From assembly GCA_051294375.1 (NCBI GenBank), contig JBJCIZ010000430.1, positions 1 to 29,792 of the forward strand: 29,792 nt of DNA. The letters are read 5' to 3'. The DNA is from Paraspadella gotoi. Lineage: Eukaryota; Animalia; Chaetognatha. Position 1 is the stretch's first letter. The number at the start of each line of letters is the position of its first letter. Under the pieces are notes generated by a model. That model was not told where the DNA came from. It did no database searches and saw only the letters and a program-made list of their open reading frames with translations. A program made the translations under genes and the position numbers. This document shows, piece by piece, positions 10,441 to 21,596 of the stretch.

Positions 10441-12949
10441 ATTTTAAAAAGTTTGATAAACTATGGAGAATGAAGTTAATTTTAAAACGAATTTAATATC
10501 AATATGAATTCGCAGATCAAATAAGAGAAAAAACTTAACTTTTCTATAAAACAAAATTATTAAAAAAATAATAAATATGTTTTGAAAGAATAGAAATTTA
10601 AAGTTTGGCTATAGACATAGCTCATTCATTTTTTTTTGTCTCTTGGTCAGGTACAGTTTTACAAATCACAGCTTTAAAAACCTTTCTCTATATTCGTCCT
10701 ATCGTCCATATGTTAAAACCTATTTTCGAACTTTGCCGGGCAACAGAAGGGTTTACTTTAATCACTCGTAACTCTCCTCCTAACACTAGCAAAGTGCTGC
10801 TATAGTAGTTAGCCGAATACTTATCTATGATTATATCTATATCTGCATAAAGGCTATGTGGCCATGTACAAAACAAGTTTTTCAAAAATAGGACAAATCT
10901 GTACCTAAATTATATTTTGTAAGCTTTTTGATACTTAATAAAATTTATACATTGTCTTATTAATTTAATACCATTTTTCAAATTTCAACGAATAAACACA
11001 TAGAAAAAATAAAAATTTTTCACAATGAGCAACTGAAAAATTAAACGTTGTCAGCAAGTCACTAATATGCACACAGCTTTTTCACAGGATAACGCACTAT
11101 GCCAAAAATCTTAAAAAGCAGAAGGATTGTCGCAATCGCATAAGAAAAATCTTAGATTGACGACAAATTTTGATACTAAATGAAACAAAATTTTGAGAAA
11201 AGAATTTATTGTCAAAAATAAGAACTGATTAGCAGACGCAGTAACCCCTAAGAAAAAAAACGAAATAAAAACCCGATGTTGCGATAGCAAAAATGATAAC
11301 ATGAGGCACGAAAGCGATGCTTTAATTTTAGACGAGTCAATATTTCCTAATTCAATTTTTTTTAATAAAAAAGCAGAGAGAAAAGACAGAGAGGAAGCAA
11401 AAGAAAAGAAATCAAAAGGCAAAGCAGCAGACAGCAGGCAGAAGAAAGAGAGAAAAAAGAGAGAGCCCATGCAGACCGCTGCAGATTTCGTTTTTATTTT
11501 CCGATGAATTCAGCACTGGGCGCTTGCCAGTGGGCTAAAGAGAGAGAGAGAGCTCATATATTTAAAAGAGAAAAAGAGAGATGGAGGAAACGATAAAAAA
11601 TAAAGAGAGAAAATTTTTGTTTTGATAAAAAACGTGAAACAAAACATATTTTTAATAACTGTCCAACTCAATTTTAAGCAATATCGATGATGGAAGAGCT
11701 TGTAATAAATTTTCAGGCTTCATACACCCAATTAATCTAAAAAAGGGATCTAATATTTGGAAACGCACGACAAAAGACGACGAAACGCCACTTAATGGCG
11801 CAAAAAGCGTTACAATATCGTCGAAAGCTTTAGCGATTGGCGACGATAAAAAGGTTTTGTGGTTCATTTACTTCATATGAAAAGAAACAAGCCAAAAATA
11901 ACTAAGAATATGCTACTTTACTCTTCGATCGAGAACAATATTTCTTTGTAGTATATTCTTTTTTTTTTTTTCCTTTCACTATCTGTAGTTGGGCAATGCA
12001 ATAAACTAGTTCAAAGCCGCCAATAAGCATTATACTTTCAATCAACAAATATAATAACTATCAATAAAACTACAAATATATATAACTTAAATACTGTAAT
12101 AATAAAACATCCATCATTTGGAAAAAGATCCTTTGATGAGAAAAGCAAGAAGAATGATGGACAAATCATAGACTACTACTGTATGAATTCTAGTAAAATA
12201 TAAATTTAGTCATTTGTTCATTTTGTTTTACATGATTATACTAACATGCTATAATAACTAAACATAATTTGAATAACTAATGTTATATACCAAAGTGGTG
12301 CAAACCACTAAAACGCAATTCACGAACTAGATCGAATTCGGGAGATGACTTTGATTAAATTGTTTATATGTTACTTTGTACGTTATTTTAAGGTAAGTTC
12401 ATTTATAATATTGTTTGGCAGTTTGCCTTACTTCTCCAGCTCAAAAAGCGAAGAAATCCGGATCTACTCCTATATAAATTCCGAAAACATTCTATTTTAT
12501 GAAGATTAAATCATGAAAATTGTGGTTCAAAATGTCGAATCTGTAGAACCTGTGAAAACTTCGTTCCTGACGGCCTTACTATATTTTGAAACTGGTTCTC
12601 CAAACTGGGGCTAAAAGAAACCAAATAAAGGTGACCAGTAAGGCGTAGTGAAAGTTACATACGAAAATTCTAAAAGTCAATTATGAACAACATACCATCA
12701 GTGAACATTAATTTGTAAAAAAAAGTAATTTTATGCTTTTTAATTTTCGCAGTAGGCTATATTTATATATAGTACTATCCTTATAAAATCGAAAAATTTC
12801 AAAATAGGCTTTTCTTAATTTTGATTGCAGATTTGAATTCCTCGTCAAAAGTTGATAAAAGAAAATATAATTCATTTTTAAAAATTCTTTCATTAAGTGG
12901 GTTAAAAATTAAAAAAACTATATTTATTATATAAAAAGTTAATTTTCAG

Positions 12950-13534
12950 CTTAAAATATAGCCTGGCGTTCCCGAGATCCTGAAAGGGCGAGCTCAGCCT
13001 TGAGAAAGGTCGATCTCCATTGCGAATACCTTTATGGAAGGTCAGTCGTCTTGGCCTTGGCTTCAAGCAAGGTAAAAGACGAGACTAAGAAGGCAATAGC
13101 TGAAAAACTTAAGTCTTTCGATGTTAATGCTCACGTCGAAATTGGAAAACCTGCAATGCCTCGAATTTACCCTGAAATGAAGCTCGAAGATTTTATTTCT
13201 CAAGATTCATGGTTATTTTTCAAGGTAATGTTTTTAATTAAATGTCTCAATCAAAAAATTTTTACATAAATATTATTTATTATGTAGCTTTGCCAGTTTG
13301 ATCCAACTTTCACTTGCAAGGAAGATTGCAAGAGTGGAAAGACCGATGACAATTATTCCAATTTCTCCTGCAAATCTCTGTCAATGGCTTTTCAACCTAT
13401 TAATGGAGAAAAGGGCTGTCAAGTTTGCTTCTGACTTTAACGGCGCATAAATCGAAATCGAAAACCAACATCAAGCGATGCTGCAAGAGTCGAATACCAT
13501 CGCCGCGTACCATCCAAAGCCAACGAAACATTGA
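12950..13534 (+). pseudogene. Decayed intron-containing DNA transposase, C-terminal part, hAT superfamily (hATm-like)
   Basis: Acceptor ttttcag ends at 12949. The exon reads ..WRSRDPERASSALRKVDLHCEYLYGRSVVLALASSKVKDETKKAIAEKL..IGKPAMPRI..LEDFISQDSWLFFK. A phase-0 GT-AG intron spans 13225-13287. Then, with frameshifts, it reads LCQFDPTF..W..Y..ERAVKFASDFNG..QHQAMLQ-VEYHRR.HP, with a stop at 13532-13534. This matches, from memory, the HLWYL..V.LAL, GKP, L.DF...SW.FF, VND.AERGVKL..DF and LQVVE.HR motif series of this family. The subfamily name needs a search to confirm. Confidence 0.75.
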
Positions 13535-13956
13535 TATTGTTTTGACCTTTTGAAAACGTTAAGCAATCACATGAAAATAATTTTTTTTGTATCTACATGC
13601 AATTTTTTATTGAAAACTGACTTAGATTAAAAGAAAGTTAGCAAAATAGTTTTTTATGATAATTTAACAACATTGACTCTACTGATAATAACTTGAATAA
13701 AATTGTTTATGTTAGTAAAAATACGATAAAAAACAAAAAAAATAGCCAAAAACCCGAAATTTTCATATTTCAGGCACTTAACACCCCTGGCTCGGGCGAA
13801 AACTTTTTTTTTTCAAATTAAACTTACATAGTTAAAAGAGCTTTAAAAAACGAAAAGAATGACACGCGAGAACTGGATTGCTTAATTAAAATATTGTCGG
13901 ATTCAAATGTGTCTAATGAACAGATATAATATTATAATATTACGAGTCTTCTGATG

Positions 13957-14011
13957 AATGTCTTCTGATGAAGACTCGTAATAAGAGTAGAAACATGTCC
14001 ATTATAATAAA
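13957..14011 (+). ncRNA. Minimal hammerhead ribozyme motif (Penelope-like element/retrozyme type), degenerate
   Basis: In order: CTGATGA (13965-13971), AG, stem II ACTC/gtaataa/GAGT (13974-13988), A, GAAAC (13990-13994), AT, GTC (13997-13999). Stem III contains the palindrome ACATGT, and AATAAA follows at 14006-14011. The stem II closing pair is G-A and stem I is imperfect. Confidence 0.65.
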
Positions 14012-14321
14012 AACTAAATTGCTGTTACAACGGATTTTTCGTTATTGCCTCTAAGATATTAATATCAAATCTAAAAACACAACGAAATTGATAGTCTATA
14101 CACAATGTCTAACAAACAATTATAACGGTGAACGAAAAAGTATTAAAGAGATTTCGAGTTGTGTGTAGGTCGTAAGCTTGTCGGCCTTAGTGTCCTCAGT
14201 GTAAAGTCAGTGGCTAATCAACCACCGGTTACCACGGTGGCCAGTGACATGACCCACATGAACTAAAACGTTCTCCATAAATCATTTTTAAAAATTCTTT
14301 TATTAAATTAAAAAATTTTAC

Positions 14322-15683
14322 TACGCTTTAATGTAAAAGCAATTAAATAAATTTATTTCACAACAATTACTGCCGAGGGAGAGCGAAGCACTTACCAAGA
14401 GAGAGAACATGAACATGAATAGACTAAACCGGGGCGCAATTTACTGTGGCCGATGGGGTCATTTTATTTACGAAAAGTAAAACTTTCAAATTGTTAGTAC
14501 GTGATACTAAAAACAAAAAAATTAATCAAAGATTAATAAAAAGATTTAAAAAACTTCAGACTGTTAAAAACGTTATTACGAGATAATAAAACTACACCAG
14601 TTGAAGAATAGAAATTGAGAGAGAGGTCGATGGTAAGTAACCTGCTTCCCTCGCTATCATACAACAAAGGGACCAACTAGGGTCAACTCCGTGGTGGCGA
14701 AACCTTCGTCACCATATCCCCGCCCCCCGAAAAAAGTCTGAAGGACGATCTTCTCGGTGTTGTGGAGGGCGTGGTCTGGGACTCCAGTCATGTTTTTCTG
14801 TTCGTGGCGGTGGCGACTCCAAGTTGGCGCCGCAACGCGGGCCGCCGCGTAAAATTTTTGTCAAGTTGCCACCTATCTGGGGAATGATGGCGGCGCCAGC
14901 TGGGATACGACTGTTGGTTGCAGCCAAGGAGGTGGAGGTGCCGGCTGAGGAGGCGGAAATGGCGGCCAAAGACGATGTGGTGCTGGATGATGGTCATGCA
15001 CGTCGATGGCCGCCGTCATTGCATCCGCGAGTGAGACCCCGTCGTCAATGCAGACGAACTCTATGGCGGATGATGCGGATGTCTTTGCATAATCCGATGT
15101 TCTGGAGAGACAGAATTAATAAATTAATAAATAAAAAATTAATAAAATAAATTATAAAATAAATTAATAAAATAAATAAATAAATTAATAAATAATCCTA
15201 TTTTGAGTACAATATTAGTTCACTTTACAAAAACTGATTTAAAAATGGAAAACATTGCATTAAGATCGAAGAGGAGAATGATAATCCTTTTTTGAGGACA
15301 ATATTAGTTCAATTTACAGTGGAGGTGATCGAGATAAAAATGGCGAACAAAATGAGATGAATCGATTTATTGAAATGAGAAAAGCAAATGGAATCGAATT
15401 GGCTAATTGTACAAAGTGGCATTCATTTTTATACGGCGAGAGAGAGAAAATTTGGTTTACATTTGTAAAGTAAATAATTCTAAAAATACTTCCATATAAG
15501 GTAACGTTTGGCGACTGGCGTTTGAACAGAGGGAGCAAAATATTTCTTAGCGGGCATTGGAATTTTTAAAGAATTCGGCTGGCGATTTTATTTACTTTCT
15601 TACTAATAATAATAATCAGGATCTCCACTTTACAAAAACTGATTTAAAAAGGGAAAGGGCCGCATTAAGATCGAAGAGGAGAA
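14322..15683 (+). repeat. Segment A: left arm of a ~1.36-kb inverted repeat (partner 19460-20822; partial third copy ~20870-21482)
   Basis: acgctttaatgtaaaagc (14323) pairs with gcttttacattaaagcgt (~20805-20822). gatcgaagaggaga (~15669-15682) pairs with tctcctcttcgatc (19461). The interior is colinear. Confidence 0.95.
14630..15101 (-). other. GC-rich exon-like island of unknown function within segment A (second copy 20044-~20530, + strand)
   Basis: It is preceded on its own strand by an AT-rich stretch and the acceptor-like ttctgtctctccag. One frame gives ~75 codons, TSDYAK...WPPFPPPQPAPPPPW...FPR*. Frames differ between the two copies and no homology was recognised. Confidence 0.3.
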
Positions 15684-15991
15684 TGGAACGCGTTTACCCC
15701 TGAGATGAGAATTTGCAGTTTAGTAATGTGCAGTTTACCAAGATAGGCCGCACCCTTAGCTTAGTTATTGTTAAAAAAAACTATTTAAAATAACGATTGC
15801 TGAACCAAAATTCGGCTATATGTTGTTTCTTAAGAAAAAGCAAAAATATCACTTTGGTTAAATCATTAATATCTATCCTTCAAATCGTCTATTTTCCAAA
15901 TATACTTGAGATTATCTACATCTGTTTATGTATGCAAGCTCTCTATATCTGCTTTCCACTTACTTGTTAGCCTTACTTGTTTGCCTTACTT

Positions 15992-17990
15992 GCTAATAGA
16001 TAGTCGCTTCCGAAGAAAAAAATTCGAGCGATCGAAATTTTTTCCAGCTTTTTGATTTCATGACGAAAGTTGCCCACAGTAGCGCTTTAAATACTTGCCA
16101 ACTACGAATGGTTTTTGATAGTACATGGTTTTTAGTATCTAAAGTCGGTGGAACAACATTAATCCAGAAATAGTTTAGTAGTATTTAAAGCCATTTTAAA
16201 ACGATTTACTCCGCGAGCGGTTTTTTTTGATTTGTCTTTTTTTCGTATTTTACTGTAAATACTAAGGAATATTATTTAAATCATTACAAGTTTCCTACTC
16301 TAAAACAATCGTTGAACTAATTTCTAAAGCAAAAAAGACTATATAATGGTCCTGGTACAATATTGAGCATTTTAAAACTGGTCCTTTACTCGAAATGTCC
16401 GTTCATTGCTATATTTACAATATTGCACCTGATCCCAACAAATAAATTAAAAAGTGTTTTTAGTATTTGAACCCTCTAACGACCTAGTTATCTTCCTTTT
16501 GCGCGGAACAAAGAAAATGGAAAAGTCTTGATATGAAACAAAGCCTAGTAAAACATAATACTACATTTACGAATTTATGTCAACTTTAACTGTCCCTCGT
16601 CTAGCGCTGATACTAAAAGAGAACTTATCACAAAACATATAATTAGTTTAGTGTCTTGCCAAGCGCTAAACTCTTTAGCTGATTAAATTATCTCATTAAA
16701 AGTCCTAAAACTAACTTTTAGTGGAGGCATTAATTTGCACCTGAGACGACGCGTTAACTCACCATTATTATTTGACATCTGGATTATTCGTGTCTGAACT
16801 TTCCAAATCTGGGAACAAAGGCGTAGTTTCGTGTTTCATCGTGAAATATATATTTAGATGGGAGCCTGGTTTCGCTGTTTTCGCTATTTTTTCGCTGTTT
16901 TTCGCTTACTCGTCGCTCCTCGTCGCTACTTAGTCGCTTTCGAAATTTTCCACCGCCTAATCATCCTAATGCGTGATCAGGTCTCTCGTTCAAAACCAAA
17001 ATTTCTCTGTTATCGTGTCTCAATATCACTTTCTAACAGTTGCCATGGAAATTTCTTGACTCTCTTCATTCGTCCACGTGTTTTTTTTTTTTAATTTTCA
17101 TTTCCTGCCACCGCAAAGGTCGCCGTCGCCGCATCGACTTGTGAAAACATTTAGTGGGCATACCGAGCCACCGCTTGAATTACTTTTTCAACGCCTCTCT
17201 GTGGCTCTTCTTAATTTTCGTTTTCCGTGCCGCCGTGACCACCGCAGCCGCGACGAAACGAAAAATCCATCAGAAATTTGACGCTTGTCTTAGTGTACAT
17301 TGTACCATTATGGAAAAAAATTGCTACAGCAACTGTTTAACTATTATTATTTTTATATATATTTAATTTTTTTAAATAATATTTAATTATAATAATATTA
17401 TTAAAAAGATTATTATTTTTATTAGGATTGATTCAATGATTAATTTTAATTTATATGTCTAAAAAAGAGATGGTATTAAAAATTATAAACTTAATTTTTT
17501 ATAAATAAATCTATTTTATCTTTAGATACATTAATAATAATAAAAGTTTTGATTAATAGCTTCAGGACCTGCTATGTTATTATTTTGTAAAATATGATTA
17601 GGAATAAAAAAAAAAATTAGGAATTTTCTATATTCTTTTGTACATATAAACTTGTTGTATATGATAAATATTTATTTTTTAGTTAATAGTTTATAAGAAT
17701 ATTAAATCAATATCATACACATTTTTTTAATGTTGTTGGTTTTATAGCGAATTCTAAATAGAGCAACACCAACTTATCAATGAGACGTAAATGTCCTAAA
17801 GTGATTTGTGATTTCGAGAACCTTGTCTTTTCCCAAATAAACTATATATAATTCTGAAAAAAAATTTTATTGGATCAAATTTTTTAATTAAAATAGCTAG
17901 AAGTATTAATAATTAATTTTTTATATTACTTTTATAAATAAAAAAATGAGTTATTTTTTTTATATTTTATTTTTTTAAATAAATTCAAAG
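15992..17990 (+). repeat. Segments B+C, duplicated in inverted orientation at ~24330-26745 (C also at ~29145-29480)
   Basis: For example, ttcaggacctgctatgtt (17561) pairs with aacatagcaggtcctgaa (~25177), and ttgccaactacgaatggttt (~16096) pairs with aaaccattcgtagttggcaa (~26624). Confidence 0.93.
16868..16942. repeat. Short 10-bp-unit tandem repeats (tttcgctgtt, tcgtcgctcc)
   Basis: Directly visible, with an inverted copy at ~25803-25873. Confidence 0.8.
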
Positions 17991-19460
17991 ATAGCCTTAT
18001 GAAAAATGTTTTTTTTACAAAGTATAATTTTTTTTTCGGGTTACTTATTTTCGCATGGGCGGTTAGGAAGGTTAGGGGTGGTTTAGGCTTGGGAAGGTCG
18101 TGGTAGGGTAGTTAGGTTGTTATAGGGTTAGGTTATGGGTTATGGTTAGGCCGTGCGTTAAAGTTAAAAGGTTTCAAGGTTAGGTCAATTAGTACATATT
18201 TATTTTATTTTTTTAAAAAAATAAAGGTATTTTAAATGGCTTTTTCACACAAGCCTGCTCAAAATTTACGGTTGGCGGAAAGTTAAAATATGTTTTATCC
18301 TTTTTTCAATATTTTCGGCATGTATAAGTGTGGTTTACACAATGAGTGATAAAACTTAAAAAATTCATTATTATCATCATCCGAGTAGCGTTTTGTTTAT
18401 ACTTGTTGTAATCAAAACATTTAATATTTATTATTTGTTTAAAAATTATTATTTATCTATAATCAGATAAATATTTAAAATTCTTGCATAGAAATGAATT
18501 ATTAATAATGTATTGTGTTAAAAAGTAAAATTTTAATTAAAAAATTTTATAATAGATTATTAATTTTTATGGTTATTTTTTATATATAGGTAAGTAAATT
18601 TTAAAATTATATAATTACATTATAAAAATCTAACTTATTCCTTCCAATAAATAATATTATTTTTCTTTTTAAATTTTGGACGGTTTGGTGGTAAAGATAG
18701 TATATCACTTTATTTAATAATGATGAATAGGTTAAGTATTAATTTTAAGTTAAGAAACCGTGAACAATTTTTTTTCCATTATGTGTAGATTCATTTTACA
18801 TCGTCTTCGTATCACCCTTCTCAATTTTAAGACCTTGTTGCAGCATCGATCTGGGTAAGCATAAACTAATTCCTTTTAGGTTACAATTTTTTGCATTATT
18901 TCTATATGTAATCATATTTTCTGGTGAGCAGTAGAAAAATGTTTATCGTCCCTTCAATGACTCCATTTTAATCTCAGCCCTTACGTTTTTTTTTGGTATA
19001 GCGTGCAAGGTAAAATATTTTTTTTATCTGCCATTTACATAATTCCCTCACATTAAGTTATTTTTCTCGGTACTGTGCCATCTTTTTTGGAAATTTTAGG
19101 TTTATTTCTCAACCTAGTTCTTCGTCACCTTCTGACTGTCCGTGTCCGCAATGGCGTCTGCCTCGGCGTTCTCATTAGCATGATGTCTTCCTTGCTATAT
19201 TAGTTTGGTAAGTTTAAAAATTAACGCCAATTTAATTTTATTGAAATTGAGTACAACCAATATAAAAATTTATCCATTCATTTAATAAATAAGCTATTCT
19301 TGCCCCTGACTTTGTAGTAATTCGAGTTGTGATAGTTTAGGGTTAAAGGGTTAAGGATTAGGTAATATTTAAAAAAAAATTTTTTAACTAAGTACTTTTA
19401 AGTGGTTTTTCAAAAGCGCCAAAACTGCGTAGGCGAAAGTAAAATTTAGCCTATATATAT
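17988..19460 (+). repeat. Segment D, duplicated in inverted orientation at ~21600-23040 and ~26840-28170
   Basis: For example, gtccgcaatggcgtctgcctcggcgttctcattagcatga (~19144) has its reverse complement at ~21878-21918 and ~27035-27075. Confidence 0.95.
18037..18290. mobile_element. Helentron/DINE-1-like module: short inverted repeats around a (TTAGGG/TTAGG)n core (copy 1)
   Basis: ttattttcgc (~18045-18054), then telomere-like repeats at 18060-18185, then gcggaaagttaaaat (~18275-18289). Confidence 0.5.
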
Positions 19461-20822
19461 TCTCCTCTTCGATCTTTAATGCGGCCCTTCCCTTTTTAAA
19501 TCAGTTTTTGTAAAGTGGAGATCCTGATTATATTATTAGTAAAGAAAGTAAAAAATCGCCAGCGAATTCTTTAAAAATTCCAATGCCCGCTAAGAAATAT
19601 TTTGCTCCTCTGTTCAAACGCCATCTCGCCAAACGTTACCTTATATGGAAGTATTTTAGAAATTATTTACTTTACAAATGTAAACCAAATTTTCTCTCTC
19701 TCGCCGTAATAAAAATGAATGCCACTTTGTACAATTAAGCCAATTCGATTCCATTTGCTTTTCTTCATTTCAATAAATCGATTCACCTCTATTTGTCGCC
19801 CATTTTTATCTCGATCACCTCCACTGTAAATTGAACTAATATTGTCCTCAAAAAAGGATTATCATTCTCCTCTTCGATCTTAATGCAATGTTTTCCATTT
19901 TTAAATCAGTTTTTGTAGTAAGTGAACTAATATTGTACTCAAAATAGATATTTATTAATTTATTTATTTATTTTGATTAATTTATTTTTATAATTTATTT
20001 ATTAATTTTTTATTTATTAACTTTATTAATTCTGTCTCTCCAGAACATCGGATTATGCAAAGACATCCGCATCATCCGCCATAGAGTTCGTCTGCATTGA
20101 CGACGGGGTCTCACTCGCGGATGCCAATGACGGCGGCCATCGACTGCGTGCATGACCATCATCCAGCACCACTATCCTCTTTGGCCGCCATTTCCGCCTC
20201 CTCAGCCGCACCTCCACCTCCTTGGCTGCAACCAACAGTCGTATCCCAGCTGGCGCCGCCATCATTCCCCAGATAGGTGGCAACTTGACAAATATTTTAC
20301 GCGGCGGCCCTCGCTGCGGCGCCAACTTGGAGTCGCCACCGCCCACCGCCACGAACAGAAAAACATGAATGAGAGTCCCAGACCACGCCCTCCACAACAC
20401 CGAGAAAGATCGTCCTTCAGACTTTGCGGGGCGGGGGATATGGTGACGAAGGTTTCGCCACACGGAGTGACCCTTCGTGGTCCCTTTGTTTGTATGATAG
20501 CGAGGAAGCAGGTTACTTACCATCGACCTCTCTCTCAATTTCTATTCTTCAACTGGTGTTGTAGTTTATTATCTCGAATAAATCGTTTTTAACAGTCTGA
20601 GTTTTTTAAATCTTTTTATTAATCTTTGATTAATTTTGTTTAGTATCACGTACTAACAATTTGAAAGTTTTACTTTCGTAAATAAAATGACCCCATCGGC
20701 CAACAGTAAATTGCGCCCCGGTTAGTCTATCATGTTCATGTTTCTCTCTTTGGTAAGTGCTTCGCTCTCCCTCGGCAGTAATTGTTGTGAAATAATTTAT
20801 TAATTGCTTTACATTAAAGCGT
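19460..20822 (-). repeat. Segment A' (inverted copy of 14322-15683)
   Basis: Colinear reverse complement, differing mainly by small indels. Confidence 0.95.
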
Positions 20823-21571
20823 TAGCTAAGAGAGATTAGATTAACAAAAGAATTCAATAAGGTTAAAATTATAATTTAAAAAAAAATAAAATAAATTAAT
20901 AAATAAATAATAAAAATAAATAAAAATAAAATAATAAATAATCTATTGAACGAAAAGAACAATATTATCACTTTACAAAAAAAACTGATTAAATGGAAAA
21001 CCATTGCATTAAGACGGAAGAGGAGAAGATAATCCTTTAAGCGGAGGACAATATTAGTTCAATTGTTTACAGTTGGATAGGTGAATCGAATAAAAAAGCT
21101 CGCGAAACAAAAATGAGACGTTTTGTGAATCGATTTATTTGAAATGAGGAAAGAAAAAGCAAATGGAATCGAAATTGGCCTAATTGTACAACAGTGCATT
21201 CATTTTTATACGGCGAGGAGAACGAGAAAAATTTGCGTTTTACATTTGTAAATTAAATAATTCTAAAAAATACTTCCATATAATGAGTAACGTTTCGCGA
21301 CTGGCCAGAAACGGTTATTGAACAGAGAGGCAACAATATTTCTTAGCGGGCATTGGGAATTTTTAAAGAATTCGGCTTCTGGCGATTTTATTACTTTCTT
21401 ACTAATAATAATATCAGGATCTCCACTTTACAAAAACTGATTTCAAAAGCGGAAAGGGCCGCATTAACATCGAAGAGGAGAATAATAATAGGCTAAATTT
21501 ACTTCGTCCTACCCACAGTTTTGGCGGCTTTTGCAAAAACCACTTAAAATACTTAGTTTTAAAAATTTTTA

Positions 21572-21596
21572 NNNNNNNNNNNNNNNNNNNNNNNNN
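21572..21596. other. Assembly gap (25 N) with ~90 bp of duplicated sequence on either side
   Basis: aataataataggctaaatttact...aaaaattttt occurs at both 21481-21570 and ~21604-21690. Confidence 0.97.

Noticed and set aside
10605-11880. Short ORFs at 10688-10885 and 11652-11867 as host exons
   Set aside because: No recognisable domain and no consistent exon chain. They cannot be excluded without BLASTX.
14160-14262. tRNA or tRNA-derived SINE on the minus strand (ccaccg/cggtgg hairpin, A-box-like gtggtaaccggtgg)
   Set aside because: No B box (GTTCRA) and no cloverleaf.
14709-15150. Listed ORFs in segment A and their counterparts at 20053-20592 as intact genes
   Set aside because: Reading frames differ between the two copies and no homology was recognised. 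Kept only as a low-confidence exon-like island.
15955-15995. 12-bp tandem repeat ccttacttgtt(a/t)g x3
   Set aside because: An ordinary short tandem duplication with no further structure.
18055-18185. True telomere or telomere fusion
   Set aside because: The tracts are short, degenerate, internal and bounded by the same inverted repeats in each copy.
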